DNA of 64,000 nucleotides from a bacterium (GTDB taxonomy: Bacteria > Patescibacteriota > Dojkabacteria > JAKAPS01 > JAJZLI01), in the NCBI GenBank assembly GCA_021810605.1, contig JAJZIL010000001.1, positions 604 through 64,603 on the forward strand, read 5' to 3'. Below, piece after piece: positions 41,452-51,197 of the stretch. Numbering within the stretch: the first letter of the stretch is position 1; each line of letters opens with the position of its first letter. Below the pieces are notes generated by a model that did no database searches, was not told the origin of the DNA, and saw nothing but the letters and a program-made list of their open reading frames with translations. Both the position numbers and the translations under genes were made by a program.

Positions 41452-43566
41452 ATGAAAAAATTTGTATTTATATCTATTATTATCTCTATTTTTGGAATAT
41501 CTATTATTAAAATTTATGCTTCTAGTATAAGTGTTAATAATAGTACTATTAATGAATACAACAAACTTACCCTTAACAGAAAATATACTACTAATTCAGC
41601 CATAGTTGAGACTAATAATAATAAAATAGGTTACTCAAATATTGTAAATGTTAATCAAAAAATAAAAATAATAAAGAAGCCTAATAATGAAAGTTATAAA
41701 AGTTTTATGACTAATCTTATATCTAATAAGAATATTGTAAGTGTATCACCAAATTATACGAGAAATTTCTCTTCTCTTCCTAATAATATAGATATAAATC
41801 TTCAAAAAAATTTATTTGATATTAATGCTCCTGTAGTTGATAATTCAGGGTTTACAACATCTTTAGGAGGAAGTACTAATATAAAAATAGCAGTACTAGA
41901 TTCTGGAGCTGAGTATCAAAATTTTACAAACACATTAGACTCAAATACTTATGCACAAGCACCTGCATTATCTAATATTAATATAGTTGATCCCTATAAT
42001 GCTTTAGCTGTATATGATGGACAAACAATAAATGAATACAATCCTTATGATAGTCTAGGACATGGAACATATGTTACTGGAATAATAAATTCTAGTACTA
42101 ATAATGATTCGAATGGATCTCAGCAGTATGGTGTTGCAGGAATCGCATTCAATACTAGTATTATGCCTATAAAGATAGGAAACAGTAGTGGTATTCCACT
42201 AGGAGCAGAACTATTAGGAATTCAATGGGCTATTAATAATGGCGCTAATATAATTAATTTAAGTATAGCTGGTAATACTCCTTACAGTACAGAAGAAAAT
42301 TTAATAGAGCAGGCAATATCAGATGGAATAATAGTTGTAGCATCTTCTGGAAATGAAGGTGTTTCTTCTATTGATTATCCTGCAGGGTATCCAAATGTTA
42401 TAGCTGTAGGAGCATCAAATTCACAGAATGCTTTAGCTGGATATTCAAATTATGGATGTAGTAGTGACAATAATTGTCAGACATTAGTTGCTCCAGTTGG
42501 ATATAATAATCCTTTAACTTTTCAACAAAGTTATACTGGATTTAACAGTGGAACAGTATCTAGCTTCTCTAGTTTTTCTAATCAGAGTGCGATTGGAACA
42601 TCATTTTCTGCCCCTCAAGTTACAGCTGCAATAGCTTTATATGAGTCAAAATATGGAATACAACCACTTAGTGTAATACAGAGTGTTTTAGAAAAAAGTT
42701 CTACAAATATAGGAAGTCAATTTCAATTTGGAGATGGGCTTTTAAATATTAATTCAATGCTAAGTAACGCTCCTACAAATAGTAGTAATACCTCATCATA
42801 TAATATTCTCTCTCAAAGTGGATCTGTTTATGCAGAAGGTAATGCTCCTAATTACGGAGGGATTAATAATATAAACCAAAATTATGGAAAAGCAGTTGAT
42901 ATAGTCAATACCTATAATAATCAAGGTTATTATATACTGACATCTTCAGGATCAGTTTATACATTTGGGAATGCTCAATTCTTTGGTTCTATGTATAACA
43001 TAGTAAATCCTCCAGATAGAACTTCAATAAAACTCATTCCTACTTTAAATGATAAAGGTTATTACATATTAACTGCAGATGGAGGTGTCTATACATTTGG
43101 AGATGCTCAATTCTTCGGGTCATTATATAATATTCCTTCCTCTGCTATACCAGATAGATCCCCAGTAACATTTTCTTTAACATCAGATAATCTAGGTTAT
43201 TATATTATTACAGCAAATGGAGCTGTTTATACATTCGGCAATGCTCAGTTCTTTGGTTCTGTGTTCAATATACCTAATGCTCCAGTAAAAACAGCAGTTG
43301 ATTTTCAAATTACAAATAATAATCAAGGTTATTATCTACTAACAGCTGATGGTGCAATCTATACATTTGGAAATGCTCAGTTCTTTGGTTCTATGTACAA
43401 TATATCTAAAAGCTCAATTCCATCAAACATACCACAAAGTTTACTTATTACAAATAATAATCAAGGTTATTATATTTTAGAGCAAGATGGTGCAGTTTAT
43501 ACATTTGGAAATGCTCAATATGAAGGGAGCATTTATGGTATAATATCCTCATCAATAACATATTAA
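41452..43566 (+). CDS. Secreted S8 subtilisin-like protease with six C-terminal repeats
   Basis: Triad AVLDSG / GHGTYV / GTSFSAP, oxyanion SSGN; same repeat module as the upstream GH18. Confidence 0.92.
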   Translation: MKKFVFISIIISIFGISIIKIYASSISVNNSTINEYNKLTLNRKYTTNSAIVETNNNKIGYSNIVNVNQKIKIIKKPNNESYKSFMTNLISNKNIVSVSPNYTRNFSSLPNNIDINLQKNLFDINAPVVDNSGFTTSLGGSTNIKIAVLDSGAEYQNFTNTLDSNTYAQAPALSNINIVDPYNALAVYDGQTINEYNPYDSLGHGTYVTGIINSSTNNDSNGSQQYGVAGIAFNTSIMPIKIGNSSGIPLGAELLGIQWAINNGANIINLSIAGNTPYSTEENLIEQAISDGIIVVASSGNEGVSSIDYPAGYPNVIAVGASNSQNALAGYSNYGCSSDNNCQTLVAPVGYNNPLTFQQSYTGFNSGTVSSFSSFSNQSAIGTSFSAPQVTAAIALYESKYGIQPLSVIQSVLEKSSTNIGSQFQFGDGLLNINSMLSNAPTNSSNTSSYNILSQSGSVYAEGNAPNYGGINNINQNYGKAVDIVNTYNNQGYYILTSSGSVYTFGNAQFFGSMYNIVNPPDRTSIKLIPTLNDKGYYILTADGGVYTFGDAQFFGSLYNIPSSAIPDRSPVTFSLTSDNLGYYIITANGAVYTFGNAQFFGSVFNIPNAPVKTAVDFQITNNNQGYYLLTADGAIYTFGNAQFFGSMYNISKSSIPSNIPQSLLITNNNQGYYILEQDGAVYTFGNAQYEGSIYGIISSSITY
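42796..43566 (+). repeat. Six about 43-aa coding repeats homologous to those of the GH18
   Basis: GYYILTADGGVYTFGDAQFFGSL and variants, six units. Confidence 0.9.
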
Positions 43567-43576
43567 TAATAAGTTT

Positions 43577-44107
43577 ATGAATAAGAATAGGGACTTTATA
43601 ATAATAATACTTGTAATAATTATAATAGTACTTTCTATAGTAATATATAGCCAAGATAAGAAGTCCGCAACATTAAAGACAAGTAATTCTAGTACAATTA
43701 ATACTCCTGCAACAATAAATAAAGGGATAACATCTAAAACAGAATCATTTCCAAATCAAAACCCTACAACAGTAATACAATATATAATAGGACACTATAA
43801 TAGTTGTATTGATAGTAGTATATGTCCAATATCATCTAATTTCAGAACAATATCTAAAAAATATATTAAGAATAAAGGAAAATTAAATCCAATAACCAGA
43901 CTTACTGGAAACTTTCTAACACCTACCTACTCTATAGTTACTGAACTTCCAACTATATCTATAATAAAAGTTTCTAATTTTAATGGAAGTAATTCAATTG
44001 AATATGATCTTTCAAATATAAATAATAAATGGGTACTGACAAATTCTTACTGTTTTAATAATCCAGATTCTAAGATAACAGCTACAAATATAATATCTTG
44101 TAACTAG
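43577..44107 (+). CDS. Membrane-anchored extracellular protein
   Basis: N-terminal TM, Ser/Thr linker, Cys pairs, C-terminal KWVL strand. Confidence 0.75.
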   Translation: MNKNRDFIIIILVIIIIVLSIVIYSQDKKSATLKTSNSSTINTPATINKGITSKTESFPNQNPTTVIQYIIGHYNSCIDSSICPISSNFRTISKKYIKNKGKLNPITRLTGNFLTPTYSIVTELPTISIIKVSNFNGSNSIEYDLSNINNKWVLTNSYCFNNPDSKITATNIISCN

Positions 44108-44199
44108 ATAATTTTTATTATTCACTTTATAACTAAGTAGAATATAGAATTATTTTTCCTACTCCCTACCACTTGCAATATGATATATAATGCTTTTAT

Positions 44200-45006
44200 A
44201 TGGTCAGTGTAATCTTAGTAACATACAACAGCGAAAAATTTATAAAAGAAACTTTTGTTCGTCTTTTAAAGCAGACATATAAAAATATAGAAATCATAAT
44301 AATTGATAATAATTCAAAAGATAACACTATAAAATCAATAAAAGAGATAAAAAAAGATCAAAAAATAATTAAGAATGATAGGAATATTGGTTTTGCTAGA
44401 GCAAATAATCAAGGATTAAAAATTTCCAAAGGAGAATACATACTTACTCTAAATCATGATCTTTACCTAACTCCATCTTATATTCAAAAAATTGTAGAGA
44501 TCATGGATAGAGATCTTACAATAGGATCTGCTCAAGGAATATATTACAATAACCTAGCCAAAACCAAAGTTGATAGTTGTGGAATATATCTTAATATAGG
44601 ATACAGTGGTAATGATATAAAAAAGATACCAAAAGAGAATAAAAGTATACTTGCTTGCTGTGCTGCAGCTGCAATATATAGAAAATCTGCATTAATAGAT
44701 ATAGGTTTTTTTGATATAAGATTTGTATCATATTATGAAGACTTAGATTTAGGAATAAGACTTAAAAAAGAAGGGTATACTAACTTGCTTGTTAAAAATG
44801 CATACTGTATACATCTTAGAGGAACAACTGACAGTTATAAAAATCTAAAATATTCATTAATTAATAAATATAGAATTTTAAAGAAGTATAAAATGACAAG
44901 GGAGATTAAGATTGCTAAAATATATGATCTAGCTAAATTTCCTATATATTACAAAAAAAATAGAGATTTTATACCCGAATATTTCAAAATAATGAAAAAT
45001 ATATAA
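44200..45006 (+). CDS. GT2 glycosyltransferase
   Basis: VILVTYNS, NIGFARANN, LNHD, FFD..F.SYYEDLDLG. Confidence 0.92.
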   Translation: MVSVILVTYNSEKFIKETFVRLLKQTYKNIEIIIIDNNSKDNTIKSIKEIKKDQKIIKNDRNIGFARANNQGLKISKGEYILTLNHDLYLTPSYIQKIVEIMDRDLTIGSAQGIYYNNLAKTKVDSCGIYLNIGYSGNDIKKIPKENKSILACCAAAAIYRKSALIDIGFFDIRFVSYYEDLDLGIRLKKEGYTNLLVKNAYCIHLRGTTDSYKNLKYSLINKYRILKKYKMTREIKIAKIYDLAKFPIYYKKNRDFIPEYFKIMKNI

Positions 45007-45158
45007 AAACTAATACTATAAAATGATATCTCTATTCCATTTTATTTTTTAACTATATATATTGCATAATAGATTTGAATTTATAACTGTTACATGAGAT
45101 ACTTTAATAGATTTTTAATTAAACTATATTACCTTAAGGTTAATTATTCTCATATAAC

Positions 45159-45614
45159 ATGCATTTTAGTATACTAACTTATATAGCTTCTACGGGCATA
45201 TTAGCCGTTTTTTTTCTAGGTCTTCTTCTTATTACAGCATTAATTAAAAAGCTTAATTTAAAAATTTGGATAAAATATCAGGTTCCTGCAACAAAAATTC
45301 ATATAACATTAGGTTGGCTAAGTTTTATATTTGTAGTAATACATATAAGTCTTGCTTTAACTATATTTCAAATTGGAGATATAGTTTTTTGGGCAGGATT
45401 AGTTGCAGCTTTCTTTTTCTTCCTTGCCTTTATTACTGGTGTTGTAAAGAAGTTTAATTTTAAATTATTTCATAGATATCAAATTCCTTCATCAAGATAC
45501 CATTATATATTAGGTTTTACAGCATTATTTTTTATATTAATACATATGATACTAGGACTTTTAATTTTTCATTATACTTTTGTTTTAACAATTTTAAGGA
45601 TATTACATGTTTAA
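45159..45614 (+). CDS. Four-TM cytochrome-b/ferric-reductase-like membrane protein
   Basis: Internal duplication; each half has an H-x13-H helix (HITLG...IH; HYILG...IH). Confidence 0.65.
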   Translation: MHFSILTYIASTGILAVFFLGLLLITALIKKLNLKIWIKYQVPATKIHITLGWLSFIFVVIHISLALTIFQIGDIVFWAGLVAAFFFFLAFITGVVKKFNFKLFHRYQIPSSRYHYILGFTALFFILIHMILGLLIFHYTFVLTILRILHV

Positions 45615-46293
45615 AAAACTAATACATACAAAGAGAAAAGCTACAATTATAAATAAAGAACATATATCAGGAAATCTTATAAAAATTGATTTTAGAACAG
45701 ATCATATAGATTACATTCCTGGCCAATATATAACTTTATATATTGGGAATTTAATCCCTAGAAATTATTCTATTTATAGAGTCTCTGAAGATGGAAAAGT
45801 ATTTTCTATAATAGTAAATATTAATGGTAATGGTGTTGGAAGAAGAACAATAAAAGAATTTATTGTCTACGAACAAGTATATTTTATTGGACCAATTGGA
45901 GATTTTAGATTTAATAGAAATGATAATACTCATAATAAATGGTTTATTGCAACTGGAAGTGGGATATCTCCTTTAATTCCAATGATACTTGAAAATAGAT
46001 ATAAATATAAAATCAAGTTTTTTTTCTCTGCAAGATACAAAGAAGATATTTTTAATATGAAGATAAATGGAATTGACACCATAATATCTCTCACCCAAGA
46101 GAATAGCAATTGGAATGGCAAATTTGGAAGAGTTACTGACACACTTTTAGATGAACTTAAAAAGATAGATAACAGAGATGATATATCTTTTTATATATGT
46201 GGAAATCCTAAGATGGTAACTGATACAAAAAATTTTCTTATTAATCAAAATATAGATTTATCAAAAATATATTTTGAAAAATTTGGATTTTAA
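45607..46293 (+). CDS. FAD/NAD(P)-binding ferredoxin-reductase-type oxidoreductase
   Basis: PGQY, RNYSI, GPIGDF, IATGSGISP, YICGNPKMV, FEKF. Confidence 0.92.
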   Translation: MFKKLIHTKRKATIINKEHISGNLIKIDFRTDHIDYIPGQYITLYIGNLIPRNYSIYRVSEDGKVFSIIVNINGNGVGRRTIKEFIVYEQVYFIGPIGDFRFNRNDNTHNKWFIATGSGISPLIPMILENRYKYKIKFFFSARYKEDIFNMKINGIDTIISLTQENSNWNGKFGRVTDTLLDELKKIDNRDDISFYICGNPKMVTDTKNFLINQNIDLSKIYFEKFGF

Positions 46294-46334
46294 TCTATAT
46301 TATAGTCATAATCCTATTATATAAAAAAATATAC

Positions 46335-46363
46335 TTGACATAATTCTATAGGTTTTATATAAT
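46335..46363 (+). promoter_or_regulatory. Perfect consensus sigma70 promoter
   Basis: TTGACA (46335-40), 17 nt, TATAAT (46358-63). Confidence 0.85.
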
Positions 46364-46394
46364 ATGTATATTAATTTATTATGGGTTCAAACAT

Positions 46395-46883
46395 ATGAAT
46401 AACATAGAACAATATTTAAACCAAGTTCCTTTTGATCAAGATAATCCTGATCATAATAAAATTACATATCCAGAAAGAAAAGAAAAAATTACACAGAATA
46501 AATATTCAAACCAAGTTCCTTTTGACCAAGATAATCCTGATCATAATAAAATTACATATCAAGAGAGATTTGATAAAGAAAAAATTACACCAAATATTGA
46601 GGTATTACCTAGTAATCAAATAAAACCTACTGTTCTTTTTGATCAAGATGCACAAGATTTAAAAGAAACAAAATTGTTTGATCAAGATAATCCTGATCAA
46701 AATAATATAGCTTCTTCAAGGAGAATTAATAAAGAAAAAATTCCACAAAATATTATATTATTACCTACTAATCGACCAAGACCTATGGGTCTTTTTGATC
46801 AAGATGCACAAGATTTAAAAGAAACAAAATTGTCTAATAAGGTAAGAAAAACTCTTTCATTAAGGATAAAAAGAAATAAATAA
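46395..46883 (+). CDS. Low-complexity repeat protein with five FDQD motifs
   Basis: In-frame DNA duplications with periods of 90 and 156 bp; consensus promoter upstream. Confidence 0.75.
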   Translation: MNNIEQYLNQVPFDQDNPDHNKITYPERKEKITQNKYSNQVPFDQDNPDHNKITYQERFDKEKITPNIEVLPSNQIKPTVLFDQDAQDLKETKLFDQDNPDQNNIASSRRINKEKIPQNIILLPTNRPRPMGLFDQDAQDLKETKLSNKVRKTLSLRIKRNK

Positions 46884-46954
46884 GAGATATTTTAATATCT
46901 TAAGAGTTCAATTCTAGTTTGGAAGTAACTATTGTTAAAGAAACTGTGTTCTAT

Positions 46955-46990
46955 GAAACTCTTCTCCATAAACAATGTAGGAAGAGTTTC
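46955..46990. terminator. Inverted repeat between convergent genes, possible terminator
   Basis: GAAACTCTTC-16 nt-GAAGAGTTTC, a perfect 10-bp stem; the following AAAAA is not a U-tract on the + strand. Confidence 0.4.
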
Positions 46991-47090
46991 AAAAACTGCA
47001 AGATTTAAGATTTGTATGCCTTGGATTGCTTGATAATAATGAAAATATAGTCTATTTATTAAAATCCAAAAAAAGAAATAGATGATATAG

Positions 47091-48260
47091 TTAAATATTA
47101 CTCCATTTACCTGCAATTTCAAAAAATCCTTTTATATTATTATTTGAAGAGAAAACTTTAAAGTTTTTTATTCTTTCAATAGAGACTATCTGTTCTGTTA
47201 AATCCTTATTATATATAACTAAAGATATAAAATATTCAGAAGATATGAAATTTATAGAATCTATTTCAAATTGAATTTTACCTAAATTTTCTAATTGATC
47301 TACATTAAACTTATTATAACTAGAAATAGAAGTTATAACAGTACCATCATCTCTTGTAATAATAAATTCTATATTAGGGTTTTGTATTTTTCTTTCTAAT
47401 TTGTAATCTAGGACTATCCTCATAATCTCAGAGGACTTAAATATAGAAATTTCTTCATTTTTAGAATTAAAAAGTTTTATTTTAAATTTATCATTACTTT
47501 TAACTTCATCTTTTTTTTCTATCCTATGAAAAGATATTTCATTATACTTTTGCAATACCCCAAAGGCTTTTCCTTCATCTTTAATTGAACCTTTCTCAAG
47601 AAGTATTACTCTGTCACAAAACTCTTCAATAGCACCCATTGAATGAGATACAAAGACTATTGTTTTTCCATCTTTTTTTAATTTTCTAAACATATCAAAA
47701 CATTTTTGTTGGAAGGATAAATCTCCTACTGCAAGTACTTCATCTAAAAGATAAATATCTCCCTCTGCCTGTATTGCAATTGAAAAAGCTAGTCTTACTT
47801 GCATTCCAGAAGAAAAATTTTTAAGCTGAGTTTCTTCAAAACCTTGCAATTCTGAAAATTCGATAATAGAGTTATATTTATTTTTTATCTGATCCCTAGT
47901 AAGCCCAAGTATTACTCCATTAAGATATATATTATCTTTTGCAGTAAGTTCAGGATTAAAACCTACTCCTAGCTCTAGGAAAGGTATAAGTTTTCCATTA
48001 ACAGTTACCTCACCTTTATTAGGTAAATATATATTTGATATTATTTTTAAAAGAGTACTTTTCCCAGAACCATTTCTACCTATTATTCCTACGAATTCTC
48101 CCTCTGTAATAGAAAAAGATACATCTTTCAAAGCAACAAAAGACCTATACTTAGCTTTTCTTAAAGGATGTATAAAATAATCCTTAAGCTGAGTTCTCCT
48201 CTCTATAGGTATTTTAAAATTTTTTGTTATATTGTTAACTTCTATTACTTTTTTAGCCAT
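47091..48260 (-). CDS. wzt: Polysaccharide ABC exporter ATP-binding subunit with C-terminal Wzt_C domain
   Basis: GRNGSGKSTLL, ELGVGFNPELT, FSSGMQVRLAF, LLDEVLAVGD, VSH; extra about 140-aa beta domain. Confidence 0.93.
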   Translation of the reverse strand: MAKKVIEVNNITKNFKIPIERRTQLKDYFIHPLRKAKYRSFVALKDVSFSITEGEFVGIIGRNGSGKSTLLKIISNIYLPNKGEVTVNGKLIPFLELGVGFNPELTAKDNIYLNGVILGLTRDQIKNKYNSIIEFSELQGFEETQLKNFSSGMQVRLAFSIAIQAEGDIYLLDEVLAVGDLSFQQKCFDMFRKLKKDGKTIVFVSHSMGAIEEFCDRVILLEKGSIKDEGKAFGVLQKYNEISFHRIEKKDEVKSNDKFKIKLFNSKNEEISIFKSSEIMRIVLDYKLERKIQNPNIEFIITRDDGTVITSISSYNKFNVDQLENLGKIQFEIDSINFISSEYFISLVIYNKDLTEQIVSIERIKNFKVFSSNNNIKGFFEIAGKWSNI

Positions 48261-48264
48261 ATAT

Positions 48265-49026
48265 TTAAAAATCTTCTGCTATCTTCATTATTTTTTTACT
48301 AAAAAATCTATAACTTATATACAAGAATATTAGAGATAGTACAAAAATCACTAAAGTTGAATAAAAAGATTCTATTTTATTATAAATTAAAGCTTCTCTT
48401 GTAAAATTAAATATATGTGTAAGAGGATTAGCATCAATAAGATATAAAGTCTTTCCTTTTATGAGAGAAAGAGGATAAACTATTGGAGTTAGATAGAATA
48501 GAACTAACATAAAAATATCCCAAATATGTTGAAGGTCTCTAAATAATACATGTAGAATACTTATAAAAAAGGATATTCCCAAACCAAGTATATATAAAAT
48601 AAAAATCCCAAATATAAAAATTAGAACATCTAGAGGAGAAGGAAGGATTTTATTAAATGCAAAAAATATTATTATCACTACTAAGTTAAATGTAAGATTA
48701 ATTACAGCTATAAGAGTTGATCCTACTACTGCTAGATATCTTTTGAAATTAACTTTTAACATCATATCTTTTTTCTGAAGTAGTGAATTCAGACCATTTA
48801 TTGTTATCTCTTGAAAAAAGGTATACATTATTGTTCCTAAAAGAAGGTATAGTGCATAAAATTTAACACTACCTCCTAAAAGAAGAGAGAATACTACATA
48901 CATTACAGTAAAAGTTAAAAGTGGCTTTATAACAACCCAAAGGAAACCCAAAATTGAGTTATTATATCTTAATGTAAAATCAGTTTTTACAAATTCTAAT
49001 AATAGATCTTTATCTGTTTTAGTCAT
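48265..49026 (-). CDS. wzm: Polysaccharide ABC exporter permease
   Basis: DF.LRY.NSILGFLW, FRDLQHIW, FYLTPIVYP, NPL. Confidence 0.93.
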   Translation of the reverse strand: MTKTDKDLLLEFVKTDFTLRYNNSILGFLWVVIKPLLTFTVMYVVFSLLLGGSVKFYALYLLLGTIMYTFFQEITINGLNSLLQKKDMMLKVNFKRYLAVVGSTLIAVINLTFNLVVIIIFFAFNKILPSPLDVLIFIFGIFILYILGLGISFFISILHVLFRDLQHIWDIFMLVLFYLTPIVYPLSLIKGKTLYLIDANPLTHIFNFTREALIYNKIESFYSTLVIFVLSLIFLYISYRFFSKKIMKIAEDF

Positions 49027-49172
49027 ATATATATTATTATACCTTCTATTACAAATTTTTAATAATTATAGAATCTATTAAATTTTAAATCTATCTATAT
49101 CTTCACTTTACCATTTTTCAAAATATCATTAAATGTATACAAGTATATTTATGATATAATCTATATACATAT

Positions 49173-50084
49173 ATGAAGAAAATAGACTTATCCATAATAA
49201 TAGTTACATATAATGTCAAAAAGCTTTTAATTGATTGTTTGAAATCAATAGATAAAAATAAGGATATACTAACAAAAGAAATATTCATAGTTGATAACGG
49301 AAATGATGATACTTATAAAATTTTTGAAAATAATAAAGAATATATATATATAAAAAGTAAATCAAATATTGGATTTTCTAAAGCTAATAATATAGCGCTA
49401 AAACAAGCAAAAGGGGAATATATATTAATACTCAATCCCGATACCAAACTAAAAAAAGATACTCTTTTTACAATGTATAAATTTATGGAAGACAATAAAG
49501 ACATAGGTCTATCTACTTGTCCTCTATATCTTCCAGACAAAAGTTTAGATAAAGCATGTCGAAGACACTTCCCTACTATTAAGAGTGCTTTTGGAAAGAT
49601 ATTTAAATTCTCCTCAATATCATCCAAATTTAGAGGATATAACATCGAGATTGATAATGATCTACAAACTGAAATTGATGCATGTTCAGGAGCATTTATG
49701 TTTATACGCACAACTGTATTCAAAGGAGATAGAAAACATAGAAAAGTTGCATTTTTTGATGAAGCATTTTGGGCTATGGGAGAAGATCTTGATTTATGTT
49801 ATAGAATAAAAAAATCTCAATGGAGAATAACATTCTATCCCAAAACATCTATACTACACTACAAAGGAGCATCTGGAGGATTAAAAAAATCTAGTAGTAA
49901 ACTTAGTAGTGCCGATATGAAAACAAAAAAAAGATGGATAAAGGCATACTCTGATGCTATGTATATATTTTATAAAAAGCATTATCTAAAAAAACATACA
50001 CAATTTATAAATTTCTTGGTTATATTAGGAATCAAAATATATTATTTTACAAGTATAGTAAAATTGTCTCTTACTGGGAAATAG
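49173..50084 (+). CDS. GT2 glycosyltransferase
   Basis: LSIIIVTYN, NIGFSKANN, LNPDT, SGAFM, FDEAFW..GEDLDLCYR. Confidence 0.92.
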   Translation: MKKIDLSIIIVTYNVKKLLIDCLKSIDKNKDILTKEIFIVDNGNDDTYKIFENNKEYIYIKSKSNIGFSKANNIALKQAKGEYILILNPDTKLKKDTLFTMYKFMEDNKDIGLSTCPLYLPDKSLDKACRRHFPTIKSAFGKIFKFSSISSKFRGYNIEIDNDLQTEIDACSGAFMFIRTTVFKGDRKHRKVAFFDEAFWAMGEDLDLCYRIKKSQWRITFYPKTSILHYKGASGGLKKSSSKLSSADMKTKKRWIKAYSDAMYIFYKKHYLKKHTQFINFLVILGIKIYYFTSIVKLSLTGK

Positions 50085-50167
50085 TATACATAAGAGAATA
50101 ATATTATATTTCTCACGGACCTATTGTACTAGATAATATTAAAGAAAATGTTTATATTAGAAATTTC

Positions 50168-50476
50168 TTAAAATTTTGAAGCAGAAGATTCATTTTGAGA
50201 AAGAAGGTTATTCAAAGATGAGAAACTTGTAGTATTAATATAATTGATAGCGCTATTTAAGCTTGAAGATGAAGTAATACTAGGAACATTAGAATTACTT
50301 GTCTGTGTCTTCATAATAATACTATTATCTAAAGATGATTGATAGTTTGCAGCATTAACTAACTCTATTAGAGATAATCCAAATAGTAATAATAGAATAA
50401 CTGCCAAAACCCTATATATGTTAATATCTCTTTTTAATGTTTTTATTGTTTCAAATTCACTTTTTTCCTCTACCAT
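50168..50476 (-). CDS. Small single-TM protein
   Basis: One TM followed by a Ser/Asn-rich tail. Confidence 0.7.
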   Translation of the reverse strand: MVEEKSEFETIKTLKRDINIYRVLAVILLLLFGLSLIELVNAANYQSSLDNSIIMKTQTSNSNVPSITSSSSLNSAINYINTTSFSSLNNLLSQNESSASKF

Positions 50477-50478
50477 AA

Positions 50479-51102
50479 TTATTTAGATGATGTATTAGTA
50501 CTAGGTATAGTTCCTACTGCACTTTTAACTGCAAATAAAAGATTTACAACAGCTGTTTTATATAAATTTAGATCATTAATTTCTATCTTCATATCAGAAT
50601 TAAAAGCTAAAATTTGAGCCTGAGGATTAGCACTAGTACAAGAGAAATTAGCATAATCCAGATTAAATTGATTTAGTTGACCTTGAGCTGTATCTTGAGC
50701 ATTGAGTACGGTATTCAAAAGTGAAGAATAATTTATAATAACTATTCCTTTTGGAATAACTGTTCTATTATAGTAACTTTCTACATTTGAAGTTATAACT
50801 GAAAATCTATTAATTATATTATTAGAAAGATTATACATTTGACTGTCTCTTTTCTTTATATTATTTTTATGTACAAGACAAGCTTGTTGCATACCTACAG
50901 CAGAGTGAGTTACTACATTAGTATTTTTTGCTTTTGAACTTATTGCCTGAGAAGAGTTATTAGTTACAGAAACTTTTGAACTTGTTTTATTTACAGGAGG
51001 AGTAGTCTTATAATTAACACTTGAAGGAACACTTGCATAAACATAATTAGCAGAAAAAACTGCTACCAAAAATGCTACTGGTAATAAATATCTTAATTTC
51101 AT
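50479..51102 (-). CDS. Secreted helical-bundle protein
   Basis: Signal peptide ending VYA; amphipathic helices with two Cys (QACL, FSCT). Confidence 0.8.
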   Translation of the reverse strand: MKLRYLLPVAFLVAVFSANYVYASVPSSVNYKTTPPVNKTSSKVSVTNNSSQAISSKAKNTNVVTHSAVGMQQACLVHKNNIKKRDSQMYNLSNNIINRFSVITSNVESYYNRTVIPKGIVIINYSSLLNTVLNAQDTAQGQLNQFNLDYANFSCTSANPQAQILAFNSDMKIEINDLNLYKTAVVNLLFAVKSAVGTIPSTNTSSK

Positions 51103-51197
51103 ACAAATAAAGAATATAACTATTAAAAAACTTTTTCAACTATCTTTTAAATTAACTATTGTAACAATAAAAAATAATAGTATAATGGATTGAGTAT

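Noticed and set aside
40669-43566. Recurring about 30-bp DNA motifs as CRISPR or DGR template/variable repeats
   Set aside because: They encode protein repeats with synonymous variation. No reverse transcriptase is present and no adenine-specific mismatch pattern is evident.
46419-46835. Direct repeats resembling a CRISPR array
   Set aside because: Periods are 90 and 156 bp, in frame, with no unique spacers and no cas genes; these are coding repeats.
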